Shown: positions 1 to 11,218, numbered from the stretch's first letter. The stretch is 64,000 nucleotides of DNA from an uncultured Alphaproteobacteria bacterium (GCA_963833745.1 CAWHZD010000003.1:498407-562406); one strand, 5' to 3'. Numbers and translations are program-made. The notes: generated from the letters alone by a model not told the origin.

Positions 1-2
1 TG

Positions 3-215
3 CACAATTGGCCGGCGCTGCCGGTCGGGCGGTTCGCGATCCAGCCTGGGCCGATGATGGCTGCCTTCGACATTTTCGAGACCACGATCAAAGGGCGCGG
101 CAGGCATGCGGCGATGCCGCATCTCGCGGTCGATACGACATTGCCGCTGGGCGCAAGCTATTGGGTGCGGCTCGCGGAGTCGGCTCTCGCCAAAGAGGGA
201 GCGGGGAGCGTCTGA
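3..215 (+). pseudogene. Fragment of an M20/M20D-family amidohydrolase (hippurate-hydrolase-like); it enters from the left edge and ends prematurely.
   Basis: Frame 3 reads HNWPALPVGRFAIQPGPMMAAFDIFETTIKGRGRHAAMPHLAVD, a mid-protein block typical of M20D amidohydrolases. It then diverges and stops at 213-215, well short of a normal C-terminus. Confidence 0.4.
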
Positions 216-469
216 CAGATCGCCGTGAACGGCAACGTCGACCGACTGGTCGGCGAGCGAATGCGGGCGACCAGCGGAGCCGGCGAAGCTGCCTTATAGA
301 GCGGTAACAGCTGTCCTTGCTTCTTGTGAAGCCCAGAATTTAACAGGCCCGCGAAGGGATGTCGTCGGATAGTGCAGCCGGCCCCGCCGGCGGCGGGTGC
401 CCGAAATCCGGCACCCGGGCTAACGCTGGCGGCGGGGGTTGGGCGGCGGCCGGCGCTGGCGCTTGCGGG

Positions 470-1879
470 TCAGACCGAGTAGTACATCTGGAATTCGATT
501 GGGTGGGGGGTGTGCTCGAAATTGTACACCTCCTCCCATTTCAATTCGATGTAGGCCTCGATCTGGTCGCGGGTGAAGACCTCGCCCTTCAACAAAAAGG
601 CGTGGTCATGGGCAAGCTCGCCCAACGCCTCGCGCAGCGAGCCGCACACCACCGGGATGTCCTTGAGCTCCTCGGGCGGCAAATCGTAGAGGTTCTTGTC
701 GATCGGGTCGCCCGGGTGGATCTTGTTCTGGATGCCGTCGAGCCCGGCCATCAGCATCGCGGCAAACGCCAGATAGGGGTTGGCGGCGGGGTCGGGATAG
801 CGCACCTCGACGCGTTTGGCCTTGGGGCTCGAGACATAGGGGATGCGGCACGAGGCCGAGCGGTTGCGCGAGGAATAGGCCAACAGCACCGGCGCCTCAA
901 ACCCCGGGATCAGCCGCTTGTAGCTGTTGGTGGTCGGGTTGGTGAAGGCGTTGATCGCCTTGGCGTGCCGGATGATCCCGCCGATGTAGTAGAGCGCGGT
1001 CTCCGACAGATCGGCATAGAGGTTGCCGGCGAACAAGGTGTTCTCGTTCTTCCACAACGACTGGTGGGTGTGCATGCCCGAGCCGTTGTCGCCCAGCACC
1101 GGCTTGGGCATAAAGGTCGCGGTCTTGCCGTATTGCTGGGCGACGTTGTGCACCACGTATTTGTAGATCTGCATCTGGTCGGCGGTCGAAACCAGGGTTG
1201 AAAACTCAAACCCGAGCTCGGCCTGGGAGGGCGCCACCTCGTGATGGTGCTTTTCGACCTTGAGCCCCATATCGGCCATCACCGAGAGCATCTCGGCGCG
1301 CAAATCGCCCTGGCTGTCGACCGGAGCCACCGGGAAATAGCCGCCCTTGACCGGCGGCCGGTGGCCGCTGTTGCCGTCGGGGAATTCCTTGCCCGAGACA
1401 TAGGGCCCCTCGGCGCTGTCGATCGCGTACATCGCCCCGTTCATCCCGGTCTGGTAGCGCACGTCGTCAAAGATGAAGAACTCGGCCTCGGGCCCAAAAT
1501 AGGCGGTGTCGCCGATGCCGGATGAAATCAGGTGCTGCTCGGCCTTTTTCGCGGTCGAGCGCGGGTCGCGGGCATAGGGCTGCCCGGTCAAGGGCTCGTG
1601 CACGTCGCAAAAGACGATCAGCGAGGTCTGCGCCGCAAACGGGTCGAGGACCGCGGTCGCGCAATCCGGCACCAGCATCATGTCGCTCTCGTTGATCGCC
1701 TTCCACCCGGCGATCGACGAGCCGTCGAACATCACCCCGTCATTCAAGAAGGGCTCGCTGATGGTGCGGATGTGATGCGCCAGATGCTGCCATTTGCCGC
1801 GCGGGTCGGTGAAGCGGAAGTCGACGTACTTGACCTCGTGCTCCTTGATCAGCGCCATCACTTTGCCGGTGTCCGACAT
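470..1879 (-). CDS. glnA: Glutamine synthetase, type I
   Basis: 469-aa ORF with a full-length GSI pattern ([32 protein letters not shown]..., ...[15 protein letters not shown]). The adenylylation-site context [10 protein letters not shown] is present. It lies directly downstream of glnB. Confidence 0.97.
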   Translation of the reverse strand: MSDTGKVMALIKEHEVKYVDFRFTDPRGKWQHLAHHIRTISEPFLNDGVMFDGSSIAGWKAINESDMMLVPDCATAVLDPFAAQTSLIVFCDVHEPLTGQPYARDPRSTAKKAEQHLISSGIGDTAYFGPEAEFFIFDDVRYQTGMNGAMYAIDSAEGPYVSGKEFPDGNSGHRPPVKGGYFPVAPVDSQGDLRAEMLSVMADMGLKVEKHHHEVAPSQAELGFEFSTLVSTADQMQIYKYVVHNVAQQYGKTATFMPKPVLGDNGSGMHTHQSLWKNENTLFAGNLYADLSETALYYIGGIIRHAKAINAFTNPTTNSYKRLIPGFEAPVLLAYSSRNRSASCRIPYVSSPKAKRVEVRYPDPAANPYLAFAAMLMAGLDGIQNKIHPGDPIDKNLYDLPPEELKDIPVVCGSLREALGELAHDHAFLLKGEVFTRDQIEAYIELKWEEVYNFEHTPHPIEFQMYYSV

Positions 1880-2030
1880 CTCTGGGTTCCGTTCTCAGGT
1901 TAAGGGAATGCCGGGCAGAGGGGCGCTCGCTGCCGGCAGAGGCTGATAAAGCGCATCGGCGCCGGCAAAGGCATGGCAGGCGACTTGAGGACACCCGGCC
2001 GTCCCAGCGGCCGCAGATCGACCCCGTTGC

Positions 2031-2408
<378 letters not shown>

Positions 2409-2417
2409 TCACGTCCC

Positions 2418-2433
2418 AGCATAACCCATGCCA
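2418..2433 (-). promoter_or_regulatory. Candidate sigma-54 (-24/-12) promoter upstream of glnB
   Basis: The minus strand reads TGGCATGGGTTATGCT. GG and GC are separated by 10 nt, as in the TGGCAC-N5-TTGC consensus. The site lies about 50 nt upstream of the glnB ATG. This is motif-only evidence. Confidence 0.4.
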
Positions 2434-2517
2434 ACCTCGTTAGGCGATGCACGAGCGGCGAGCGCTCGGGCCGCATTCGCCGGAATGCCGGTCAACCAAG
2501 CAAGTTCTGCCTAATTC

Positions 2518-3717
2518 TTAACCAATAGCGACCCCACCACGGGAACGGTCGCGTCCGAGCAGGTTGTGGATCCGCTCGATCGCCGCGGCGATCGCTTCAC
2601 GGCTGCTGGCGTAGGAAAACCGCAGATAACCCTCGCCGAATTCGCCGAAGCTGGTTCCGGCGATCGTCGCCACCCCCGCTTCTTCGAGCAGCCGGTTCTG
2701 CAGGGAACGCGCGTCGAGCCCGGTTCCGCTCACATTCGGAAAGGTGTAGAAGGCGCCGCCGGGGCGGGCGCAGCGAATGCCGGGCAGGCCGTTCAGCGCC
2801 TCGACGATGAATTGGCGGCGCTCGGCAAAAGCCGCAACCATCCGGTGCACCGGTTCGCGCGGTCCCGTCAGCGCCGCGATCCCGGCGAATTGCGCGGCGG
2901 CATTGACGCAGGAATGGCAATTGATCGCCAGCCGCTCGGCCGCGGCGAACACCGATTGCGGCCACACGCCATAACCCATCCGCCAGCCGGTCATCGCATA
3001 GGTCTTGCTCCAGCCGTCCAGCAGGATCAGCCGGTCGCGGATCGAAGGATAGCTCAACAGGCTGACGTGCTCGGCGCCGTCGTAAAGGATCTCGCCGTAA
3101 ATCTCGTCGCTCATGATCGCGACCCGCGGGTGATGCTCGAGCCCGGCAACCAGGCGGTCGAATTCAGCGCGCGGCACGACCCCGCCGGTGGGATTGGCGG
3201 GGCTGTTGACGATGATCAACCGGGTACGCGAGGTAATCTTGTCGAGCACCTCGGCGGCGCTGAACGAAAAGCCGGCGCGCTCGTATAGAGGGATCGGCAC
3301 CGGCGTGGCGCCCGAAAAGCGGATCACGCTTTCGTAGATCGGAAAGCCCGGATTCGGGTACATGATCTCCGCCCCCGGCTCGCCGAACATCAGGATCGCA
3401 AAAAACATCGTGACTTTGCCGCCGGGGACGACCAGCACCTGCGCCGGCGACACCTCGACCTGGTGACGACGAAAGAGGTCGGCCGCTACGGCCTCGCGCA
3501 GCCGAGGGATGCCGTTGGCCGCGGTATAGCCATGATGGCCGTCGGCGAGAGCCTTGCGGCCCGCCTCGACAATGTGCGCCGGGGTCGGGAAATCGGGCTG
3601 GCCGATGCCGAGATTGATGATCGAGCGACCTTGTGCGGCGAGCGCATTGGCGCGGGCGAGCACCTCGAACGCAGTCTCGGTACCAAGCACGCCCATGCGT
3701 GCGGCCATCTGCAACAT
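2518..3717 (-). CDS. PLP-dependent aminotransferase, class I/II (aspartate/aromatic type)
   Basis: 399-aa ORF with INLGIGQPDFPTP, SPANPTG and the PLP-lysine block DGWSKTYAMTGWRMGY. Confidence 0.9.
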   Translation of the reverse strand: MLQMAARMGVLGTETAFEVLARANALAAQGRSIINLGIGQPDFPTPAHIVEAGRKALADGHHGYTAANGIPRLREAVAADLFRRHQVEVSPAQVLVVPGGKVTMFFAILMFGEPGAEIMYPNPGFPIYESVIRFSGATPVPIPLYERAGFSFSAAEVLDKITSRTRLIIVNSPANPTGGVVPRAEFDRLVAGLEHHPRVAIMSDEIYGEILYDGAEHVSLLSYPSIRDRLILLDGWSKTYAMTGWRMGYGVWPQSVFAAAERLAINCHSCVNAAAQFAGIAALTGPREPVHRMVAAFAERRQFIVEALNGLPGIRCARPGGAFYTFPNVSGTGLDARSLQNRLLEEAGVATIAGTSFGEFGEGYLRFSYASSREAIAAAIERIHNLLGRDRSRGGVAIG

Positions 3718-4205
3718 CCGCGTTACCTCCTACGTCTTTGCGCCGCCGCAGATTAGCGCGAATGACGGCGCACGGCGATGGCCAACCGGCGTTTAGCCCG
3801 AAGCTCAGACGAGATTATTGAAGGTCATGTCATTTGCAGCGGCTTGAATATCCGCTGATCAAGATCAGCCTTCTCGAACACAAACGTCCCATCATTGCGA
3901 CGCGTCACAATATCCCGATCCCGATCCCCCCGTAGAGGTTCCACTGATCGGCGAGAATCTCAGTCGAGGGCCAGATTGTCAAAGTCGCCCCCAGATCAAA
4001 AATAAACTCGCACGATCCTCCAGAACGAATAACCATTCGATAGAACAAATGAGCAACTACAGTCAAGGGGAAGGCGCCAGCATGTGCTTTCCGAGCTCTC
4101 GTGCGGCTGATTACAGCCCGTCGCCGTCGCCGCCACTGGCGGAGGCGTCAGATCCGGGCGACTGCAGTTCGGCTTGGCCGCAGCAGGCCCGCGGCCCTCC
4201 TTTCG

Positions 4206-4766
4206 TCAGATGGACGCCGGTTGCTTGTCGCGGGCCGCGAGGCGGTCGATCTCGGCCTTCATCTCCGGGGCGGGCCAGTCTTCGAGGAGCCAAGCCGGCA
4301 GCGGGTCGTCCGCGCTGCTGACCGGCAACGCCTCGTCATCGTCGGAGCGGCCGTCGGCGAACAACTCCAGCGCGTGCGGCATCTCGTAATAGATTTCGAG
4401 CGTGTTGCCGTCCGGGTCGGCAAAATAAAAGCTGCGCTGGTTGACGTGGTTGGTCGCGCGCAGGATGGCGACGCCGCTCCCGACCAGATGGGCGTAGGCG
4501 TCGCGCAACGCCGCGTAGCTGCCGACCTGGAAGGCGATGTGGCCGAGCCCGATCTGGTCGCGCCGGGGCCGCTGCGCCTCGCCCGGTGCGGGATGCTGGC
4601 CAATGTCGAGAGTGTGGAAATTTTCGCCCAAAGTCATAAACACGCCGCCATGCTCCGGGTCTTCTTCGGCAATCACAAAGCCGAGGACGTCGCGGTAGAA
4701 CCGCTTTGACGCTTCCTCGTCGGCGACCCGCAGATTGACGTGGCCGATACCCTTCAGTTTGATCAT
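4206..4766 (-). CDS. VOC-family protein (glyoxalase / extradiol dioxygenase fold)
   Basis: 186-aa ORF. The N-terminus MIKLKGIGHVNLRVADEEASKRFYRDVLGF and the later GLGHIAFQV...DPDGNTLEIY are typical VOC beta-alpha-beta-beta-beta modules. Confidence 0.8.
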   Translation of the reverse strand: MIKLKGIGHVNLRVADEEASKRFYRDVLGFVIAEEDPEHGGVFMTLGENFHTLDIGQHPAPGEAQRPRRDQIGLGHIAFQVGSYAALRDAYAHLVGSGVAILRATNHVNQRSFYFADPDGNTLEIYYEMPHALELFADGRSDDDEALPVSSADDPLPAWLLEDWPAPEMKAEIDRLAARDKQPASI

Positions 4767-4899
4767 GACACCCTCCTGTTCGTTGACGATGAGGCACCGC
4801 GAAACTTAGGCCGACCCCCGTCCGCCGGCAAGCCGCCCTCTCCCCATCGCGTGTTTCGGAAAGCCGTGCATTGGGAGATACCTTCCCGGCGTTTGCCTG

Positions 4900-7596
4900 T
4901 TACTCGGAGTCGATGACCTGCGGGGCAAGCAGCCGCTTGACCGTCACCGTCGCGGTGCCGCTGTTGTTGCGATAAAACAGGTCAGTAAGCCAGGGCAACG
5001 CCAGCGCCGCGTCGTTGACGTAGATGAACAGCTCACCGCTCGCATTTGCAGTAATATCGGAAATAAGAAGTCGCGAAGCATGGAGGCCTTTGGACGCCTC
5101 GCACTTCAACTGCTTGTCCCGAAATTCCGGCTCAGCGGGACGCAGGATGTCGTCCTTGATCGCGGCCCAACCCGACAAAGCGCTCTCCTCGGGCGGCCGG
5201 CACCTGCTGTAGAAGACGACAGGCAACGGTGCCGCCGGCCTCAGCACATGCTCGTAGTTGCCGCGCTCGCCGACGCGGGCGATTGGCTGAAACCAATTCT
5301 CCAGCCACCAGCGCTTTAGCGGAGCGGCGGCATAATAGGGCAGGTAATGCTTTATATTGTTGATGGTGAACCAGCTTTCCCCGGGCGGCACGACGTTCGC
5401 CGCGGCAAACCCGCCGACATCGCTGCGTTCGTCCTTGTCGAACCAGGCGTCTTTCATTTCGAGCTGAATACGATAAGTGCGGCCCGCCACCAACCTCAGT
5501 CCAGTCGGATTGCAGATCGAGTTGGTGCGAATGACGGCAACAGCATCGAGCCTCTCATCCGGCATCGCTATCGTCGAATGGCACAACGCGCCGCCCGCGT
5601 TCAGCAGGTCGAAACTCGTGCGCTGTGCCAGAGACAGAACGATGACCGCGGTCGCCCCCAAGAAGGCTGCCGGAGCCAAGATGCGGGCGGTGAACTGGTA
5701 ACTCGCCACTGCGAGTTGGCACCCGCGCAGTCTCCGGGCGAGGCCGAGCAGAAACCCCGGATCGGCCGGGTCGATCTTCCTCGCCGGTATCCGCCGGCGC
5801 AGCCGTAGAACCAGGTACCCTAGGCAAAGCAAAGTGAGCGTGGCAAAAAACGCGATCAGCCGCGGATCCCCATCCTGTGACAAGATCGCAATGGCAGCCG
5901 CCAGCGCGCCGAAGCCCAGGGCGCCCTTGGCCAGTGCATGACGTTGGCCGGTCAGACGCAGATGCACAACCTGTCGACGCACATTCCAGGAGGCACGGGC
6001 CCGATCGCGAATGCGGTATTGCAGAAAGCCGCTGAACTTCAAGCTGGCAATCAGGCCGACACCGATCAGCAGGGCGGCAGCGGGATTGTAGACAATCGCA
6101 TCGAGCCAAGGCGAGGCGAAGCTGGGCAAAAAACCCCTGACCAGACCGGCCGCCCAATTTGTCGTCCCGCCGGCAACGTCATTGATCCGGGTGGTGACGC
6201 CGTCGATGCGCAGATATTCCTGAAGCGGCGGGAATGCGCCCGCCAACAATGCCAGGAACAGCGACAGGAAATAGACGACGCGCCGCCACCACACCGTATC
6301 CTTCACCAGCGCGAACAGTTGCGTGCGCGCGAGAGAGCTCGCGGCCGGCACCAGTTCATGCATATTCGTGAGGAAGCGGCGCCGTTCCTCCGCTTCGATA
6401 CGCTGAGGACAAGAGGGCGATCGGCAGCGACCAGTCACGGCGTCCGCCATCGCTTTTGCCACTGCGGCGCGATTAAAAGCAACCGGAGTTCCGTTCGGCG
6501 GCAGCAAATCGATTTTCTCCGGCAACGAGATCGGGGCATAGCCGTCGTTGCCGTACACCATGCGCAAGATCGCCGAGCTGTGCACCAGCGGCGTGTTGCC
6601 CACGCCCACCAGCTGTTGAACATCTCTCGGCTGATAGCGCCAGAATGCACCAAATCCCGCGCGCGGATCGTAGATGCGACCGGTCGGCGCGGCGATCGCT
6701 TTGTAGCTCGCGACCAGACTGGGTTCGAACCGCAACCCTTCTTTGGCGGCCTCACCGATCATCCAGCACAAGGCCACATACGACAGGCCGTCATCGGGAT
6801 AGCCGCCGCCGACATCGGCATGCGCCCCCGCAAACCACACCTGCAGCAGGCGGTCGTGCCCGGCCTCGTTCCATGGGATCGGGGAAAACGTCTTGCGCTC
6901 GTCGTCCAGGCTTAATGCGTGGCGGGCATGCCGGACATTCGGCAGCAAGTTCTTGTCGTCGAATGTCATCGGCCAAACCCAGCGGTCGACCGCTTGCGTC
7001 AACTCGTCGATCGGCAGGCCGTAGGCGACGACCGTATCCCAGACACCAAGGAAATAAATAGGGACCTCTGATTTCTTCTCGACGTCTTGATAAGACTTGC
7101 CGCCGGTCAACCAATTCCACCAAAAGACCAACCGGTCACGCACTTACCGACCGCCCGTCACCCAGGGAATTGCAGTTGTAAACGCCTTTATGCGATAGGC
7201 GCGGTAGGCCGCGAGCGCATTGCGGTTCAGCTCGGCCTCGGTCTCGAAAGCGACCAGACCCTCGCGATAGATCAGCCCGGCAAGCACCCGGATGGTGAAG
7301 GCACCGCGGCTGAACCCGAACGCCCAGATGCGATCGCCGGGGTTGTGGTTGTGGCACAGGAATTTGTAGAGGTTCAGCACGTTGCGCTTGACCCCGAACC
7401 CGAATGCGAGGCCCAGCACTCGCAACAGCCTGACGCTCGAGGTGCCGACGCCGTCGCCGAACACGGCGACCTGGCTGCCGTCACTGAGGTCGAGCGCCTG
7501 GTACAACCGCCAGACATTGGTCTTGAACGGCGCCGCCGCGCTGTTCCCTGTGCCGTCAGAGAGCACAATCAGGTTGCGCGAACCGTCTGTCGCCAT
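4900..7596 (-). pseudogene. DUF2235 (Tle1-like alpha/beta hydrolase) - transmembrane - beta-rich C-terminal domain protein, interrupted by an in-frame TAA.
   Basis: ORFs 7144..7596 and 4900..7143 are in the same frame (2697 nt, 899 codons) and are separated only by TAA at 7144-7146. The upstream piece has LIVLSDGTGNS and the nucleophile elbow GFSRGA. The downstream piece continues the domain (FLGVWDTVVAYG, FAGAHADVGGGYP). Hydrophobic helices follow, then a C-terminal GRTYRIQLEM...GELFIYVNDA...SGTATVTV region. Confidence 0.75.
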
Positions 7597-7804
7597 GGCG
7601 AGCCCAGATCACACCGGCGGCGGCAGCGTGATCTTCCCCAGCGGCTCTTCGTGACCTGTTGGGGGATCGGCGCGCACCGTATTCGTTAACTCATTTATTA
7701 ACATTTATGTGCTATTTCTCCCTTTATTCAGCATGATGTACTTGGCTCGCCAAAATTTGTCGAGACACTTTCTTAAGCCGGCTGTTCTCGGCCAAATAGC
7801 GAGG

Positions 7805-8251
7805 TCAGCAGAGCGCGCGGAGATCGGCGCGCAGGCGATCCGGTTTGGCATCCGCCACTTGGCGGTCGACCGACGCATGGGTCTCTTTCCACACCGGGAC
7901 CGCCGCGCCCAATAGCGCCCGGCCGGCGGGAGTCAGGGTCAGGCGACGGGTGCGTTTGTCGGCGTGATCGACGGCCACCTCGACCAGCCCGCGGCGCTCG
8001 AGCGGTTTCAGATTGGCGGTCAAGGTCGTGCGGTCCATCGCCAGCACGGCCGACACGCTGCCGATGCTCGCCGGCTGCGGACGATTGAGCGACATCAACA
8101 GCGAGAACTGGCCGTTGGTTAGATTGAGCGGTCGCAACGCCTGGTCGAAACGCCGCGCCACGGCGCGTGCCGCGCGCTGAAGATGCAGGCACAGGCAGGT
8201 GTCGCGAACGTGCAGGGTGATTTCGTAGGAAAGTTCTTCGCCGCTTGACAT
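7805..8251 (-). CDS. MarR-family transcriptional regulator
   Basis: 148-aa ORF with a winged-HTH pattern (LTNGQFSLLMSL...VSAVLAMDRTTLTANLKPLERRGLV...D.RTRRLTLTPAG). It is divergent from the DUF899 gene. Confidence 0.85.
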   Translation of the reverse strand: MSSGEELSYEITLHVRDTCLCLHLQRAARAVARRFDQALRPLNLTNGQFSLLMSLNRPQPASIGSVSAVLAMDRTTLTANLKPLERRGLVEVAVDHADKRTRRLTLTPAGRALLGAAVPVWKETHASVDRQVADAKPDRLRADLRALC

Positions 8252-8308
8252 GCCGCAAAATACGTTGGTATCAACTCATATGTCAATGGCGACCCAGAGG
8301 TAAACCCG

Positions 8309-9046
8309 ATGGAACCGCACGAAATCGTCTCCCGCGAAAAATGGCTGGCCGCACGCGAGCAACTGCTCGTCCAGGAAAAGGAATTTACCCACCAGCGCGA
8401 CCGGCTGAGCGCCGCTCGCCGGGCACTCCCTTGGGTCAAAGTCGAAAAGGAATATGTCTTCGACACGCCCGACGGCAAAAAGGCCCTAGCTGACCTGTTC
8501 GACGGCCGCAGCCAATTGGTCGTCGATCATTTCATGCTGGCACCGGGCTGGGGGGAAGGCTGCGTCGGGTGCTCGTTCGGCGCCGATCACATGACCAACG
8601 CGCTCGTCCATCTCGAGCATCACGACGTCAGCGTGGCGGTGGTCTCGCGCGCGCCATTGGCCGAAATCGAGGCGTACAAAAAGCGCATGGGCTGGAATTT
8701 CAGGTGGGTATCGTCCAACAACAGCGACTTCAATTACGACTATCACGTGTCCTTCACTAACGAAGAGCTGGCAAAGGGCAAGGTCTATTACAATTACCGC
8801 ATGACCGAAGGCGGGATCGAGGAACTCGCCGGTCTCAGCGTGTTTTTCAAGGATGGTGACGACATCTTCCACACCTATTCGAGCTACGCGCGGGGCGCCG
8901 AGGAATTGCTGACCACCTACATGGTGCTCGACCTGACGCCGAAGGGACGCAACGAGACCGGCCCGCATCACAATTTGACGGATTGGGTAAAGCGCCACGA
9001 CGAATACGAAAAGGCTGTGGGCGACGCGTCCTGTTGCGGTGGGTAA
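8309..9046 (+). CDS. DUF899 thioredoxin-like family protein
   Basis: 245-aa ORF. It reads VSREKWLAAREQLLVQEKEFTHQRDRLSAARRALPWVKVEKEYVFD...GCVGCSF..DH, the characteristic DUF899 layout. Confidence 0.85.
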   Translation: MEPHEIVSREKWLAAREQLLVQEKEFTHQRDRLSAARRALPWVKVEKEYVFDTPDGKKALADLFDGRSQLVVDHFMLAPGWGEGCVGCSFGADHMTNALVHLEHHDVSVAVVSRAPLAEIEAYKKRMGWNFRWVSSNNSDFNYDYHVSFTNEELAKGKVYYNYRMTEGGIEELAGLSVFFKDGDDIFHTYSSYARGAEELLTTYMVLDLTPKGRNETGPHHNLTDWVKRHDEYEKAVGDASCCGG

Positions 9047-9057
9047 AGCAGAACGGG

Positions 9058-10266
9058 ATGGGGGCGGTGTTTTCCGAGCCGCGGCTCGCCCGCATTCGCG
9101 AGGTCATGAAGGGCTATGTCGAGCGCGACGAGGTTCCCGGCGTCGTCGCCTTGTTGGCCCGGCGCGGCGAAATGCATGTGGAGGCGGTTGGTCGGAAGGC
9201 GCTCGGCGGCGGCGACCCGATCCGGCGCGACACGATTTTCCGTATCGCGTCGATGACCAAGCCGATCACCGCGGCCGCCGCAATGATTTTGGTCGAGGAA
9301 TGCAAGCTGCGGCTCGACGACCCGGTCGACCGGCTGTTGCCCGAGCTCGCCGGCCGCCGGGTCTTGCGGCGGCTCGACGGGCCGCTCGACGACACCGAGC
9401 CGGCAAATCGGCCGATCACCTTGCGCGACCTGCTGACGTTTCGCCTGGGCTTCGGCATTGTCATGGCGCCGCCCGGCGCCTATCCGATTCAGGCGGCGAT
9501 CAGCGATCTCGACCTCGCTCAGGGCCCGCCGCAGCCGCAGACGCCGCCCCCGCCCGACGAGTGGATCCGCCGCCTCGGCACCTTGCCGCTGATGCACCAG
9601 CCGGGCGAGAAATGGATGTACCACACCGGGTCCGACGTGCTGGGCGTGCTGATCGCGCGCGCCTCGGGCCAGCCCTTCGATGCATTTCTGCGCGAACGCC
9701 TGTTCGAGCCGCTGGGCATGCCCGACACCGGCTTCAGCGTGCCCGCGGCCAAGCGCGACCGGCTGGCGACCGGTTACTGGACCAATTTTCAAACCGGCGC
9801 GGTCGAGGTCCATGACCCGGCCGCGAACGGCCAATGGAGCCGTCGGCCCGCCTTCCCCTCGGGCGGGGCGGGTCTGGTGTCGACCGTCGACGATTACCTC
9901 GCCTTTGCCCGGATGCTGCTCAGCAACGGCAAGCATGGCGGCGCGCGCATCCTGTCGCGGGCCGCGGTCGAAACCATGACGGCCGACCATCTGACCCCGG
10001 CGCAGAAGGCGGTGTCCGGCCTCACTACCGGCTATTTCGACAATCACGGCTGGGGTTTCGGGCTGTCGGTTGTCACCCGCCGCGACAGCCCGGCCGAGCC
10101 GGTCGGCCAGTACGGCTGGGACGGCGGCCTGGGTAGCTCATGGCGGTCGGACCCCGGCGACGATCTGGTCGGGATACTGATGACCCAGCACGCCTGGACC
10201 TCGCCAAACCCGCCCGACATCTGCCGCGATTTCTGGACCTTGGCCTATCAGGCTATCGACGACTGA
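9058..10266 (+). CDS. Serine hydrolase (beta-lactamase / esterase family)
   Basis: SxxK motif in FRIASMTKPITAAA, and a class-C-like fold pattern through the C-terminus (GWDGGLGSSW). The start was chosen at ATG 9058, inside the longer ORF 8983..10266. Confidence 0.85.
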   Translation: MGAVFSEPRLARIREVMKGYVERDEVPGVVALLARRGEMHVEAVGRKALGGGDPIRRDTIFRIASMTKPITAAAAMILVEECKLRLDDPVDRLLPELAGRRVLRRLDGPLDDTEPANRPITLRDLLTFRLGFGIVMAPPGAYPIQAAISDLDLAQGPPQPQTPPPPDEWIRRLGTLPLMHQPGEKWMYHTGSDVLGVLIARASGQPFDAFLRERLFEPLGMPDTGFSVPAAKRDRLATGYWTNFQTGAVEVHDPAANGQWSRRPAFPSGGAGLVSTVDDYLAFARMLLSNGKHGGARILSRAAVETMTADHLTPAQKAVSGLTTGYFDNHGWGFGLSVVTRRDSPAEPVGQYGWDGGLGSSWRSDPGDDLVGILMTQHAWTSPNPPDICRDFWTLAYQAIDD

Positions 10267-10358
10267 AAAGGCGCCGCGGACGCCGCCCGTCAGCATGCCC
10301 CCCCGAGTGCGGCGTCGAAATAACACAGGCGATTCGAAATCAACCAGGAGAGGTGACG

Positions 10359-10778
10359 ATGCGATTCATGCTGCAGGTCCGCGCCGACCGCGACAGCGAG
10401 GCCGGCGTTCTTCCCGAAAAGGAGCTGTTCGCCGCGATGGTCAAATTCAACGAAGAGATGGTCAATGCCGGCGTGATGCTCGCCGCCGCCGGGCTGCATC
10501 CGAGCTCCCGGGGTGCGCGCGTACTATTCGCCGGAACCAAGCGAACCGTGGTCGACGGTCCCTTCGCCGACCCGAACGAACTGATTGCCGGCTTCTGGAT
10601 GATCAACGTCAAGTCGAAGGAGGAGGCGGTCGACTGGGCCAAGCGGGTCCCCTTTCTGGGCGGGGCGATCGAGATCCGCCAAGTCTTCGAAGCTGAGGAT
10701 TTCGGCCCCGCCCTCACCCCCGAACTGCGCCGGGCCGAAGACCGCATGCGCACTCAGCTCGCCACAAATCAGCGATAA
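10359..10778 (+). CDS. YciI/DGPF-like domain protein
   Basis: MRFMLQVRADRDSEAGVLPEKELFAAMVKFNEEMVNAGVML...VVDGPFAD.NELIAGFWMI.VKS.EEAV.W is the typical YCII-related pattern. The start is at ATG 10359 after AGGAGAGG. Confidence 0.8.
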   Translation: MRFMLQVRADRDSEAGVLPEKELFAAMVKFNEEMVNAGVMLAAAGLHPSSRGARVLFAGTKRTVVDGPFADPNELIAGFWMINVKSKEEAVDWAKRVPFLGGAIEIRQVFEAEDFGPALTPELRRAEDRMRTQLATNQR

Positions 10779-10788
10779 GGAGCAGACG

Positions 10789-11199
10789 ATGGAACTGAAC
10801 CCGTATCTGAGCTTTGACGGCCGCTGCGAGGCCGCGTTCAAATTCTATGAAAAGGCCCTCGGCGGCAAAATCGTGGCGATGGTCACCTACGGCGAAACGC
10901 CGATGAAGGATCAGTCGCCGGTGGACCAGCACGGCAAGATCGCACATGCGCGGCTGACCGCCGGTGACAAGGTGCTGATGGGCGGCGACGCGCCCCCGGG
11001 CCGCTACGAACCGGCCAAAGGGATCACGGTCATGCTCGGTGTCGACCAGCCGGCCGCGGCGGAGCGGGTCTTCAAGGCTCTGTCCGAAGGCGGCACGGTA
11101 CAAATGCCGATCGAAGAGACCTTTTGGGCGCAGCGTTTCGGCATGCTCGTCGACCAGTTCGGCATCCCGTGGATGGTCAACTGCGAAAAGGCTGCTTGA
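10789..11199 (+). CDS. VOC-family protein (PhnB/YjdN-like glyoxalase fold)
   Basis: 136-aa ORF reading MELNPYLSFDGRCEAAFKFYEKALGGKI...ETFWAQRFGMLVDQFGIPWMVN. Confidence 0.8.
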   Translation: MELNPYLSFDGRCEAAFKFYEKALGGKIVAMVTYGETPMKDQSPVDQHGKIAHARLTAGDKVLMGGDAPPGRYEPAKGITVMLGVDQPAAAERVFKALSEGGTVQMPIEETFWAQRFGMLVDQFGIPWMVNCEKAA

Positions 11200-11218
11200 T
11201 CGCGGCTTTCGCCATGTT

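Noticed and set aside
359-1201. Long ORFs lie antisense to, or overlapping, confidently assigned genes. Examples are 359..1201+, 8968..10047-, 10714..12039-, 12051..13400-, 13929..15002-, 25274..27232-, 32487..33830-, 41882..43366-, 42487..43746+ and 62069..63433+.
   Set aside because: They are Arg/Ala/Gly/Pro-rich with no recognisable motifs, and each shadows a gene with strong family signatures. This is the typical open-frame artefact of high-GC DNA.
3830-4050. Minus-strand mini-ORFs in the 480-bp lower-GC spacer between the aminotransferase and the VOC gene: MVIRSGGSCEFIFDLGATLTIWPSTEILADQWNLYGGIGIGIL, followed by ...NDGTFVFEKADLDQRIFKPLQMT.
   Set aside because: They look like frameshifted scraps of a lost gene, but the pieces are too short and match no family I recognise. 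They are not reportable as a feature.
7144-7146. Programmed recoding (selenocysteine or pyrrolysine) at the in-frame stops: TAA at 7144-7146 and TAG at 43774-43776.
   Set aside because: TAA is not a recoding codon. There is no SECIS-like context and no pyl genes. The TAG lies inside a hydrophobic helix of a gene in a decayed element. Nonsense mutation or sequencing error is far more likely.
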